From a virus (Duplodnaviria > Caudoviricetes), in IMG/VR virus record IMGVR_UViG_3300033076_000817, positions 1 to 29,323 of that record: a stretch of DNA of 29,323 bases; one strand, 5' to 3'. Position numbers and translations under genes: made by a program. Under the pieces are notes generated by a model, which did no database searches, was not told the origin of the DNA, and worked only from the letters and a program-made list of their open reading frames with translations. Of the stretch, positions 7,281 to 16,098 are shown piece after piece. Each line of letters begins with the position of its first letter. Positions within the stretch are counted from its first letter, which is position 1.

Positions 7281-9062
7281 TTACAGGTCGTAGAAGGGCA
7301 CTTTGACGTTGCGTCCGTTGACGCGGATGAGGAGATACCCGAGTTGTGATCCGGCGGTGCCGTTTTCGCCCGCCGAGATGTTGATGACGTTCGAGTTGTC
7401 ACCGTTGAAGTTGATCGTGCCGGTGCCTGCGCTGCCAGCTTGAAGGACGTGTCCGCCGGAGAGGGTGCTTGCGGCGGCGGTGATCGTCAACGTGGCCCCC
7501 GAGCTGGTGTTGGTCGCTTGCAAAAACGGACCTGAGACGCCGCCGTTGTTGCCGTTGATTTCGATGCGCTGGTTATCGTAGGGGCTATCACCCGTGACGC
7601 GCATCCGTGGGTTGACGCCATCACCGATGAAGCTGATGCGCGTCCCAACCGTCATGCCTGACGACGAGATGCTGACGGCGTTTGCGCTGGTCCCGACCGA
7701 CACCGAGGAGCTGGCCGTCAGCGACCCCGCCGTCACGGTGCCGAGGTTCGCGGTGATCGCCGAGAGTTGAGACACCGCCATCTTGTCGGCAGTAATCGTG
7801 CCCGCTTGAATCTTGGCGGCGGTGACGGCGTTGGCGGCGAGGGCATTGGTGTCCACCGCGCCGGCAAACAGTTTCGCCGTGGTGACAGCGCCCGCAGCCA
7901 ACTCCGTCGTGCTGACGGCGCCTGCCGCAATCGTGCCCGCGGTTACGGCGCTGGCGGCGATGTCGCCTGCCTCAACCGCGCCCGCCGCGATCTTGCCCGC
8001 AACGACCGAGTTGGCGGCGAGCTTGGGCGTGGAGATGGCGCCGTCCGTGATCTGTGTGGACGTGATCTGACCCGTCAGGTCCGACGAGGAAATGGTGGCG
8101 ATAAACGAAGACCCATCGTAACGGTAGAGCTTGCTGTTGCTCGTCAGGAAGACGGTCCGGCCAGCGAAATTGCCGGAGGTGGGTAGCGTGCCGACGATTT
8201 CAACCGGCGTGATGCCAGCCGCGAATTTGGCGGTGTTGATCGCGGCGTCTTGGATTTGGGCTGCGACAATCTGACCCAAAATGTTCGACGCCTGAATCTG
8301 CGTCACCTGCGAAAACAGATTCCACACGATCGGAGACGTGCCGATGGTGATGGTGCCGGTCGTGACCATCGTGTAGGCGGCGTTGGCGTTGACGGTGCCG
8401 CCCGCAATGAAGACGTAGGAGCCGGTGACAAGCTCAGCGCCCGTGTCGGCATCCGTCGTGCGCGCCCAAGTGCCGTTCGAGCCCGTGCCGAGCGTCTGCA
8501 CGAAGTAGATGCCGTTTTCAGTCGGGTCGGTCTGATTCTTGACCAGGATGCGGTCGTTGGCCACCAGCGACACGCCGTCAAGGGTGTTGGGTGCTCCGCC
8601 GGACAGTGTGATGTTCGTGCCGATCGTGCCGGCCACCGCAGGACTTTTGATGACGAGACCCGCCGCAGCAGCGTCCACGTAGCCTTTGTTCGCCGCGTCG
8701 GTCGAATCAACCGGACTGGAGAGGCCCGTGACTTTGGTTGCCGTGATGTTGCCCGCCGCGAAGTTGCCGCTGCTGTCACGAAGGACGAGCGTGCTGACCG
8801 TGTTTGACGCCGTGGAGGCATCCAGCTTGGCTTTGTCTGCCGCCGGCATGATGCCGCGACCGCTGCCGGTGGCGTCGGGCAGACCGCCGAGAAGCTGAAC
8901 CGCGGTGGCCTTCTTGGTGGTCGGGGTGCCGGACACGTCCACGACGGGGAGGACGGTGGACGAGGTGACGTTCCCGATAGCCGGGAGCGCCGTGATTGAA
9001 GTCTGGGCGCGAGCGACGCCGGCCAAGGCGACGAGTGAGACGAGGATGCGGAGGGTCTTCAT
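7281..9062 (-). CDS. Long tail fibre protein with N-terminal signal peptide
   Basis: Fibre motifs GIMPAADKAKLD, DAANKGYVD, DRILVKNQTDPTENGIY, 10-aa AVTxxKIAAG repeats and C-terminal GYLLIRVNGRNVKVPFY. N-terminus MKTLRILVSLVALAGVARA|Q. Confidence 0.8.
   Translation of the reverse strand: MKTLRILVSLVALAGVARAQTSITALPAIGNVTSSTVLPVVDVSGTPTTKKATAVQLLGGLPDATGSGRGIMPAADKAKLDASTASNTVSTLVLRDSSGNFAAGNITATKVTGLSSPVDSTDAANKGYVDAAAAGLVIKSPAVAGTIGTNITLSGGAPNTLDGVSLVANDRILVKNQTDPTENGIYFVQTLGTGSNGTWARTTDADTGAELVTGSYVFIAGGTVNANAAYTMVTTGTITIGTSPIVWNLFSQVTQIQASNILGQIVAAQIQDAAINTAKFAAGITPVEIVGTLPTSGNFAGRTVFLTSNSKLYRYDGSSFIATISSSDLTGQITSTQITDGAISTPKLAANSVVAGKIAAGAVEAGDIAASAVTAGTIAAGAVSTTELAAGAVTTAKLFAGAVDTNALAANAVTAAKIQAGTITADKMAVSQLSAITANLGTVTAGSLTASSSVSVGTSANAVSISSSGMTVGTRISFIGDGVNPRMRVTGDSPYDNQRIEINGNNGGVSGPFLQATNTSSGATLTITAAASTLSGGHVLQAGSAGTGTINFNGDNSNVINISAGENGTAGSQLGYLLIRVNGRNVKVPFYDL
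7778..8040 (-). repeat. About nine degenerate 30-bp (10-aa) coding repeats, AVTAAKIAAG type
   Basis: AISTPKLAAN SVVAGKIAAG AVEAGDIAAS AVTAGTIAAG AVSTTELAAG AVTTAKLFAG AVDTNALAAN AVTAAKIQAG TITADKM. Confidence 0.85.
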
Positions 9063-9955
9063 GTGGGTTCTGTGGTGAGAGGAGTGCCGTCTTCAGTGGT
9101 GAGCGTGATGCCGTCCTCGGTGGTCAGCTCCTCGCCGCCTCCGGGGGTCGGGTTGACGATGGTGACGGTGATGCCCACGCCCATCGGGCGAGGCAAATAA
9201 ATTTCCAGAAGCTCCTTCGACAACGCGACCGTGGACAGGACGTAATAGCTCAACGTCATGTCCTTGTTGTCCACGAGACTGATCTGCCCGTTCGGGAAGA
9301 ACTCCACGAGGTAGTCCATGATGCTCGCCAGAGTCCCGTTGCTGGCGTTCAGGACGATTTTCAGCTTCAGCACAACGCGATACTGCGCGTCCGACAAGTC
9401 GGAGTTCTGCCCCGAGAAGAAGGCGTAGGAGTAGAACACGCCCTCGGCGTTGGAAGCGGTGTTCGCGTAAGTGGTCAGACCGTTGCCGTTGTCGGTGGTG
9501 TTCTTCGCCCAAACCGAGCCGTTGGAGAAGATGATGTCGCCGGCTTTCCACGTTTCGGTGATCGGGGAGGTCGAAGCCTCCGAAGCACTCACGACATACC
9601 AGTGTCCCGCGACCCCGCTTGCCGCCGGCAGGGTCGGGGTGTCGCTGGCCGGCTCCCACGTCCCCTGGTAGTCGGCGGGATCAAGGGTGCTGCCGTAGGT
9701 CCAAAGCGAGAAGTAGGGGCGGACGATGACGACGCCGATGTTGCGCGCGACCCCGACGTATTTCCCGATCGTGTCCAGTTGCGGGCCGACGGCGAGGTCC
9801 AGGTCGTAGCAAGTGAACAGCGACGACGCGAGGTTGTCCGCGACGAACTGTTTCGCGTAGAGCTGCATCTCCCGCGTCGCGTTCGGGAGCCCCCGGTATT
9901 GGTAGGCCAACAGCGCGGTGTAGTAGTCCGTGAGTTCGCGCAGCGTGACGGCCAT
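9059..9955 (-). CDS. Baseplate wedge protein (DUF2612-like)
   Basis: YDLDLAVGPQLDTIGKYVGVAR and LSDAQYRVVLKLKI...LPRPMGV motifs. Follows baseplate J. Confidence 0.85.
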   Translation of the reverse strand: MAVTLRELTDYYTALLAYQYRGLPNATREMQLYAKQFVADNLASSLFTCYDLDLAVGPQLDTIGKYVGVARNIGVVIVRPYFSLWTYGSTLDPADYQGTWEPASDTPTLPAASGVAGHWYVVSASEASTSPITETWKAGDIIFSNGSVWAKNTTDNGNGLTTYANTASNAEGVFYSYAFFSGQNSDLSDAQYRVVLKLKIVLNASNGTLASIMDYLVEFFPNGQISLVDNKDMTLSYYVLSTVALSKELLEIYLPRPMGVGITVTIVNPTPGGGEELTTEDGITLTTEDGTPLTTEPT

Positions 9956-9956
9956 G

Positions 9957-11153
9957 TTAGACTCCCGGCGACCCGTTGATGATGACGCGAACCGAAGCGG
10001 TGGCGAATTGGTAGTTCACGCCGGTCGGGGCCAACAGCGTGTCGTAGGTCACGTTGTCGTTGGAGACGCCCGCATCGGACACCGAGGCGTTGGGAGCAAT
10101 CTCCTTCACCAAGGCGACAATCGCCGAGGCGTCGGCGCTCTGCCCGATGGAGTAACTGAGCGACGTGAGGAGCTGGGTGCGGATGTAGTCGTCATCCACC
10201 GTCCCGGTGATTGCCACCACGTCGAAAGAAATCCACAGGTTCTCGCTCGTGGGTCGGTCAAACTGGACCTCGAAAATGGAGCCGTCAACCTGCGTGATGT
10301 TGACCGTCGTGCTGCCCTTCATGCCGCACCCTGCGTTCCGTTTCTGGTAGATCGCTCGTGCCACCGCTTCGTTGGTGCCTCCGGCGACAATCGCCCAAAT
10401 CGAATGGCCGGGGATGCCGTTCACGTCGGTCGTGTTGGTGACGTTCTCCAGCAGGTTGACCGACGTGACGCCTTCAATGTCGATCAGCGCGCCGTAGAGA
10501 CCGTCGAAGAACCCTTGGCTCGGCAGCGCGACCGACCGCTGCCGGCGGATGCGCAGCGCGTAGTCGCTCTCTTCGTTCGTGCCGATGCTGGTCGCGCCAG
10601 AGGGGTTGTTCACCGACGACACCCCGAGGGTGATCGTCACGATGGTCGTGATCGTGTTGGCGATCGGAGTGACTGCGCCGATTTGCGCCGCACGGAACGC
10701 GAGCGACGTGGACGCCGCCGCACCGAACACATACGTCTCCAAAAGCTGATACTGGTTGCCGGTGGAGTCCGAAACCGTGAACGGGTTGACGGGATCGTCG
10801 TCCACGCCGGTCAGCGTCACCGCTTGGGTGGTCGTGACCGTGACGTTGGTGATCGTCCGTGTGCCAGGATTGCGGACCACGCCGTTGATGGCGCAACGCT
10901 GGTCAAGCACCGTCCCAACCGCCTGATCCGGGTCGAAACTCGTGAACGCCTGCTGAATCAACTCCAGCATGTCCCGCTTCGCCTGCGCCACGATGTTGAG
11001 CATCTGCCCGTCCGGCGAGTTGGGCGAGACGTTGATCGTCGGCCCGTAAATCTCGAACATGCCGGGGTAGTCGGCGGTGCCCAACTTCAACTCGTCCAGA
11101 ATCTCGGCGGTGGTCTGGATTTGGATTCCGTCGGCGTCGATTGCGTTGGGCAT
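9957..11153 (-). CDS. Baseplate J-like wedge protein
   Basis: FDPDQAVGTVLDQRCAINGVVR, GTNEESDYALRIRR, GIPGHSIWAIVAGG motifs. 398 aa. Confidence 0.9.
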   Translation of the reverse strand: MPNAIDADGIQIQTTAEILDELKLGTADYPGMFEIYGPTINVSPNSPDGQMLNIVAQAKRDMLELIQQAFTSFDPDQAVGTVLDQRCAINGVVRNPGTRTITNVTVTTTQAVTLTGVDDDPVNPFTVSDSTGNQYQLLETYVFGAAASTSLAFRAAQIGAVTPIANTITTIVTITLGVSSVNNPSGATSIGTNEESDYALRIRRQRSVALPSQGFFDGLYGALIDIEGVTSVNLLENVTNTTDVNGIPGHSIWAIVAGGTNEAVARAIYQKRNAGCGMKGSTTVNITQVDGSIFEVQFDRPTSENLWISFDVVAITGTVDDDYIRTQLLTSLSYSIGQSADASAIVALVKEIAPNASVSDAGVSNDNVTYDTLLAPTGVNYQFATASVRVIINGSPGV

Positions 11154-11156
11154 GGC

Positions 11157-11519
11157 TCAGGGTGTGGTCACTTGCCCGACGATGTTTCGGGAGTAGATGG
11201 AGTCCACATTGTAGTTGATCGTGATGTTCCGGGCTTCGGCATCAATCTCCACTTCAACGGAGTTGATGCGAACCACGCCCTCACAGGACGCCAGCATTTT
11301 GCGCGTCTCCAAGACGATGTTGTTGGCCGCGGCCGGGTTTTTGGCACCGAGGAGGTTCCACCAGTCGATACCGAAGTTCATCGCGAAAAAGCAATCGTTC
11401 AGGTAGAACAACAGCGAAGTGCGGATGTTGGCGGCGATCGCTTTCTGCTTGGTGAAGTAGCTCCCTCGGCCTTCGCCGAAAGTCCAGTCGCCGGATGCGG
11501 TGATGCCTCGAAAGATCAT
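11157..11519 (-). CDS. Baseplate wedge / sheath initiator (gp25/W-like)
   Basis: RGITASGDWTFG...IRTSLLFYLNDCFF..FGIDW pattern. Sits between spike and baseplate J. Confidence 0.75.
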   Translation of the reverse strand: MIFRGITASGDWTFGEGRGSYFTKQKAIAANIRTSLLFYLNDCFFAMNFGIDWWNLLGAKNPAAANNIVLETRKMLASCEGVVRINSVEVEIDAEARNITINYNVDSIYSRNIVGQVTTP

Positions 11520-12208
11520 GTTGCGGTCAACAATTCACTGAACCGGGTTTTGATTCCGTTCAACGCTGTAACCGTTGCGGCGTTGGGCGTGGAGCCGCCG
11601 GTGTTCACCCAAGCAGTCAGGACCGTCAGGAAATCCTGCATGAGCGCACCCCAGTTCTGGTCGGCGTTGAGAAGCCGGACTTTGTTGCTCAGTTGAAGCA
11701 CGGCGCCGTCTTCGGAGTAGACCGAGATGACCCCAGACGGGGCGATGGTAACATAACTGCCTCCGTTTCTCAGCGCCACAGCAGTAGCGTCCGGCACCGG
11801 CACTTGGTTGGCCTTCGTCCTCCACCCGACCAGCACCATGCCGTCGCTCAAGCTGTGCGTGCGCTCGGTGTTGGGCACAACGACATTCCCTGTCGTGAAC
11901 CAGTTGTCGATGTCCTGGTCATTGAAAAGCACCAAGCAATGGTCGCCGACTGCTATCGGGAACGTCATGTAGGCGCCTCCGCCTGCGGGGAAATACACGG
12001 GGCAATCTGTAAGGAGGGGGTAAGGGATTTGCCCTTGGTTGGTCTGCGCCAGAGTCGCGATGCGCACCGAAGCCGTCTGCAACGTGGGGTTGAAGGACTC
12101 GATGATGCCGACCTTGTGGGCGTTCGTAGCCTGCATCACTTCGGACTTGAAGTTGTCCAGAAGCGCGCGGAGGTCCGGCGGCGTGGGTGATGCAACATAC
12201 TCGCTCAT
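11516..12208 (-). CDS. Baseplate central spike (Gp138/gpV-like)
   Basis: VGIIESFNP...PVYFPAGGG..MTFPIAVGDHCLVLFNDQDIDNW...RTHSLSDG. Start ATG 12208 by ATGA overlap. Confidence 0.85.
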   Translation of the reverse strand: MSEYVASPTPPDLRALLDNFKSEVMQATNAHKVGIIESFNPTLQTASVRIATLAQTNQGQIPYPLLTDCPVYFPAGGGAYMTFPIAVGDHCLVLFNDQDIDNWFTTGNVVVPNTERTHSLSDGMVLVGWRTKANQVPVPDATAVALRNGGSYVTIAPSGVISVYSEDGAVLQLSNKVRLLNADQNWGALMQDFLTVLTAWVNTGGSTPNAATVTALNGIKTRFSELLTAT

Positions 12209-13128
12209 TGAACGGGCGTCCCCTGAATGATACGCAAATCCTCCGGTGTAAACCACAGACGCACACTGGTCAGGCAGTCCCCCGCGACAGCCGGCGAGAT
12301 AGTGCCGTGGTGCGTAAACCCGAGAACCTTCCAAGGCCGATTGAACTGCGGATTGGCGACGCTCTTGACCTCGACCAGTTGTCCGACGGTCAGGCGGGGC
12401 TCGAAAATCATGTCGAACTCCAACGAGGAGGTGGTGCGCTTGGGGCTCCCCAGCAGTCCGGTTTCGGCGGAGATAACCGGGATCGGCCCCTTGAACACCT
12501 CGTTGTAGTTGAGGGCTTTGACTTGGCCGTTGTCGATGAACGCGAGCCCGTTCGACTTTTGCACGATCAGCGTCCAGGCGTTGCCGAACAACGCTTCGCC
12601 GCGGAGGTTGGTTGTGGGGAAACTGCCGACGATCGGCGTGCCAGACAAGTTGGCGATCTGTCTCGCAAGTTGCGTGATTGTCGAAGCCGCCGAGGTGCCC
12701 GCCGCGACCGACTGCGAAATGCTGTTAGCGTTGGCCATCTGCCAGCCGCCGTCGAACGCCTCGATTTCGGTGATCCAGTCCTTGTCCTTGCGGTAGCTGT
12801 AACACGTCAGGACCGAACCGTTGAACACGAGCGGACGAAACCACCCCTCGGGGGATTGGTAGCCGGCACGAAACTGGATGGCCCGAAAGTCGGTGTAGTC
12901 GAACACGTCCTTCTGGATCGCCGCCCGCACGTCCGCCCCGAGGTTGTAGACGCGGAACGTGCCGCGTTGCGCCGAGGTAAGCGTGCGTCGCTCAATCTCA
13001 AACTCCACCGTGTAGGGCAGCGTGATTTCAACGTTGCGCGCCGACGACGGGTTGCGCCGGTTCTCCGACGTCACGACGCCTTGTCCCACTTCGACCGAGA
13101 GGGAGTAAACTCGGTTGAACTTGCGCAT
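12205..13128 (-). CDS. Baseplate hub protein
   Basis: FRVYNL, FRAGY...VFNG, ISAETGLLGSP and HHGTIS motifs. 307 aa, upstream of the spike. Confidence 0.8.
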   Translation of the reverse strand: MRKFNRVYSLSVEVGQGVVTSENRRNPSSARNVEITLPYTVEFEIERRTLTSAQRGTFRVYNLGADVRAAIQKDVFDYTDFRAIQFRAGYQSPEGWFRPLVFNGSVLTCYSYRKDKDWITEIEAFDGGWQMANANSISQSVAAGTSAASTITQLARQIANLSGTPIVGSFPTTNLRGEALFGNAWTLIVQKSNGLAFIDNGQVKALNYNEVFKGPIPVISAETGLLGSPKRTTSSLEFDMIFEPRLTVGQLVEVKSVANPQFNRPWKVLGFTHHGTISPAVAGDCLTSVRLWFTPEDLRIIQGTPVQ

Positions 13129-13472
13129 TAGAATCCGATGAACGCCGTGTCGTTCACCGTCTGCACGTCGGCCTCGTCAAGCAGCCACATGACCGCGGTG
13201 CCGTCCGCGAAATCGTCTGGGTTCAGCGGCTCGACTTGGTTCTTGGTGATGAGGGCCAACCCGAAGGGGATGACGCGATCCCACTTGACCAGCAGGTTCG
13301 GGGAAGCGGTCAGCCGGAGCCCGTTGACCGTCCAGTCCTGCCACGATAGGTTCGCGAACCACCCGAGTTGCTGCGGCGTGTATTCAATAAACAATGACAC
13401 CGTGGAGCCGTCCGCCAGAACGAACGACATGTCCTGCTTCGGTTGGTTGGTCAGTCCGGTAAGGATTTTCAC
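13128..13472 (-). CDS. Baseplate plug-like small protein
   Basis: 114 aa with PKQDMSFVL...GWFANL pattern. Conserved position between the Dit-like gene and the hub. Confidence 0.6.
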   Translation of the reverse strand: MKILTGLTNQPKQDMSFVLADGSTVSLFIEYTPQQLGWFANLSWQDWTVNGLRLTASPNLLVKWDRVIPFGLALITKNQVEPLNPDDFADGTAVMWLLDEADVQTVNDTAFIGF

Positions 13473-14272
13473 GGTGCGGCGAACGGGGTGATGTTGCGGA
13501 GGAATTGGCTTTCCTGCGCGGTGGTGGGCGTAACTTGGCCGATGACTCCGTTCTGGTTCGTCGGCGCCTGCTGGAAAACCGCGCGACCGGCGAGGAGTCC
13601 GGGCACGACATCAATCGCCCGCACCGTGCGAATCTTTTGGAACGTCACCGTGAAGTCCGACACCATTCGGGTTACGCCACCTTGGTTGGCCGAAATCGAA
13701 AGGATGGCCATGTTGGTGAAAAATCCCCAAGGCGTCTCGATGGAAAACGTCTGCCGCCCCTTCCAAAGTTGGTAGAGATACCCGAACGCAACCTGCTGCT
13801 TCGTCTGGTTGGGCTGCTGCGGCAATCTCGCTTGGTAGTAACCGTAGAGGCTCTGGGTGTTGGTGACGGCGTTGAGGTCGCTCTCGGCGGCTTCGACCAA
13901 AGCCGCTTGCTGCGCTTCCGCTGCGGGCGCCAGCGGGGGCGTGAAATTCGGGATGATCGGCAGCGGGTTGGGTGCCTCGGTGATGCGTTTGGCGACCGGG
14001 TTGGCGAGCACCAGCTCGGCCACCGCTCCAGTCGTGGTGACTTGTTCGGGTTGGAGCGCGATGTGGTCCTGGACCGGGGAATTTTCCTCGGTGTAGTGGT
14101 TCGTGATGTCGCTTTGCAGTTCCACCCTGTCGTCGTCCACTACCGACAGCAGGAAGCCCGCAATGCCTGGCGGGGGGTTGTCGGGTCGGACAATCGCGAT
14201 TTGCGCACGGTTGTAGACCAGCGTGTTGAGCGCGTCGTAGATGCTCGGTTGGTCTGTGGGGACGATGTTCAT
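13469..14272 (-). CDS. Tail tube initiator / Dit-like protein
   Basis: SDITNHYTEENSPVQDHIALQP and FTNMAILSI...FTVTFQKIR motifs. Directly after the tape measure gene. Confidence 0.75.
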   Translation of the reverse strand: MNIVPTDQPSIYDALNTLVYNRAQIAIVRPDNPPPGIAGFLLSVVDDDRVELQSDITNHYTEENSPVQDHIALQPEQVTTTGAVAELVLANPVAKRITEAPNPLPIIPNFTPPLAPAAEAQQAALVEAAESDLNAVTNTQSLYGYYQARLPQQPNQTKQQVAFGYLYQLWKGRQTFSIETPWGFFTNMAILSISANQGGVTRMVSDFTVTFQKIRTVRAIDVVPGLLAGRAVFQQAPTNQNGVIGQVTPTTAQESQFLRNITPFAAP

Positions 14273-15414
14273 TACTGAGGCACCGGAGCCAAGTTGGCAG
14301 GGGCTCGACCGTAGTAGGCGCGCTGCACTTCCCGACGCAAGGCTTCAACCACTGCTTCGCCCGTCGCGGCGGGGCTTGCCGCACCGTTGACCTCCACGGT
14401 GATCGTCGGGGAGTTGGTGACGGTCGTGCTGGCGGCGTAGGGGGCGAACGACGTGGGCCGAAAATTCCGAGTGCCCAACGGGTCAAGCTCCCGAGCCTTC
14501 GGCCCAATGCCGATAAGCCCGTTCAGGATTCCGACGATCTTGGTCAGCGCCGGAGCCAAGTCGCCGAGAATTTTCTCGGCCAACTGCTCAATGTTGAACT
14601 TCAACTCCTGCCACGCGGCGTTCAGTTTGACGATCGCCGCCTGCTGTTCATCGGTGGAGAGCCGGCCGGCGAGCGAGTCAATTTCGTCCCGGCGCGTGTG
14701 GAGGAACGCGGCGAAGTCCGCAGTGAACCCCAACATCTCGCCCCACATGACCGCTTGCTCCTTGGTCATGTAGCGCGTGCGTTCGCGGAATTGTTCAAAC
14801 AATTCCTCATCGTTGCGCGGAATGCCCCCGAACAGTTGGAGGAACGGCGTTGCCCCTTCTCCAGTGAGGAACGCGCGTTCGCGCTTCTGCGCCATCGTCT
14901 TGAACGCATTGGCCGCTTCCTCGCGGTTCAGTCCGGCCTTCATCACCGCCAACTCCCACTCCTTCAGGGTGCGGCGTCCGACACTCGTTTGGCGCGTGAA
15001 CAACTCGGTGTTCACCGCAGCGGTGAAGGCGTTCTTGGCGAGACTACTCAGGACGCCGATCAGCTTCTTGACCGCCAAAACCAGCGTTCCGATGCCGAGG
15101 ACTCGGGCGATGAACTGCCCCCAAGCCGCAGGGGGAGACCCGCCCCCTCCCGGCGGTTGACTTGGCTGCTGGGGGAACGCCGAAGGACCGGCGGGCGGCG
15201 TGCCGCCTCCGCCCCCTCCCGGCTGGTTCTGCGTTTGCGGCGTGAGAGCGCGGCGGAGGTTTTTCGGAATCTTGGCTGCTGCCAACTGCGCCAGAGCTTT
15301 GACGACATCCCGAGCTGCCGCGGCGATGTTGACCAACGACGTTTCGACAGCCTTCAGGTCGTCCTTACCCTCGATCTTGAATCCCAACTCGACGAATAGT
15401 TCTGCGATCTTCAT
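14272..15414 (-). CDS. Tape measure protein (short, 380 aa)
   Basis: Begins MKIAELFVELGFKI (typical TMP start), is largely helical and ends NSPTITVEVNGA. Follows the tail chaperones. Confidence 0.75.
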   Translation of the reverse strand: MKIAELFVELGFKIEGKDDLKAVETSLVNIAAAARDVVKALAQLAAAKIPKNLRRALTPQTQNQPGGGGGGTPPAGPSAFPQQPSQPPGGGGSPPAAWGQFIARVLGIGTLVLAVKKLIGVLSSLAKNAFTAAVNTELFTRQTSVGRRTLKEWELAVMKAGLNREEAANAFKTMAQKRERAFLTGEGATPFLQLFGGIPRNDEELFEQFRERTRYMTKEQAVMWGEMLGFTADFAAFLHTRRDEIDSLAGRLSTDEQQAAIVKLNAAWQELKFNIEQLAEKILGDLAPALTKIVGILNGLIGIGPKARELDPLGTRNFRPTSFAPYAASTTVTNSPTITVEVNGAASPAATGEAVVEALRREVQRAYYGRAPANLAPVPQ

Positions 15415-15659
15415 GCGTCAGGTCGGTTCAATGCGTAGGCGGTTTCCTCGTAGTCGTCGCGGAATTTAATGAACTCCCACGCTATCAGCACTTCGTCCGT
15501 GGGCATCTCCAGAATCTCGCGGGGTGTGCCGAGTCCTTCTTTCCAGAGACGGAGGCTGATGAGCGTTTGTTGGTCGGCGGTTACTTGGACCTCGGGCCGT
15601 TTGACGTCTCCGGCTGACTTTTTGCCGACAACGACAAACCGAGGCTTTTCAAAAAAGGG
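15411..15659 (-). CDS. Tail assembly chaperone frameshift extension (GT-like, -1 frame)
   Basis: The -1 frame is open from the slippery site (PFFEKPRF...GTPREILEMPTDEVLIAWEF) to a TGA overlapping the TMP ATG. Confidence 0.7.
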   Translation of the reverse strand, partial: PFFEKPRFVVVGKKSAGDVKRPEVQVTADQQTLISLRLWKEGLGTPREILEMPTDEVLIAWEFIKFRDDYEETAYALNRPDA

Positions 15660-16003
15660 ACGAGGTTTGCTTTCATCACCTCCCACGCCACGGGCAGATA
15701 GTCCTGCCGAGCGTCTTCAGCTTCCCAAGTGGCGTCGGTAATGCGCTGACCGTTGTAGAGGCAGCGAGCCATGCACTCCTTCAGCACGGCTTCAACGGCG
15801 TCAGACTGGATGATCTGGAACGCTGCGTTCTTGACCGAATCCAAATCCCGGTTGGTCGGGCTGGACAGGTTCGACAGGTCGAAGTCCACGCGCACGGACG
15901 CCAACTCCCGCGCGATGACTTTCAACAGCTTGTTTCCGGTCGCGAAGGGGGCGACGCCAATCGCCAACTGCGAGCCGCTTTTTAACGTGATGGGGTCTTG
16001 CAT
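15581..16003 (-). CDS. Tail assembly chaperone (G-like)
   Basis: 140 aa between tube and TMP, ending ...EVMKANLVPFL at the slippery site. Confidence 0.75.
   Translation of the reverse strand: MQDPITLKSGSQLAIGVAPFATGNKLLKVIARELASVRVDFDLSNLSSPTNRDLDSVKNAAFQIIQSDAVEAVLKECMARCLYNGQRITDATWEAEDARQDYLPVAWEVMKANLVPFLKSLGLSLSAKSQPETSNGPRSK
15650..15659 (-). other. Programmed -1 ribosomal frameshift site CCCTTTTTTG
   Basis: Zero frame reads GTC CCT TTT TTG, containing overlapping X XXY YYZ heptamers C CCT TTT and T TTT TTG. The -1 frame is the downstream ORF. Confidence 0.8.
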
Positions 16004-16022
16004 AAGGTGGTTGGGTCACAAA

Positions 16023-16098
16023 GCGCCGAGCGGGACCACCATTGGCGAGATGGGGATGATGCCTATGACCCCGCAGCACCCTCCTTCCCGCTCGGCGC
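16023..16098. other. Intergenic 13-bp perfect inverted repeat enclosing 50 nt (structured RNA element or attenuator)
   Basis: GCGCCGAGCGGGA (16023-16035) pairs with TCCCGCTCGGCGC (16086-16098), filling most of the tube-chaperone intergenic gap. Confidence 0.65.

Noticed and set aside
3045-9062. Diversity-generating retroelement acting on the fibres
   Set aside because: There is no reverse transcriptase in the window and I found no TR/VR pair differing at adenines. The rest of the genome is not visible.
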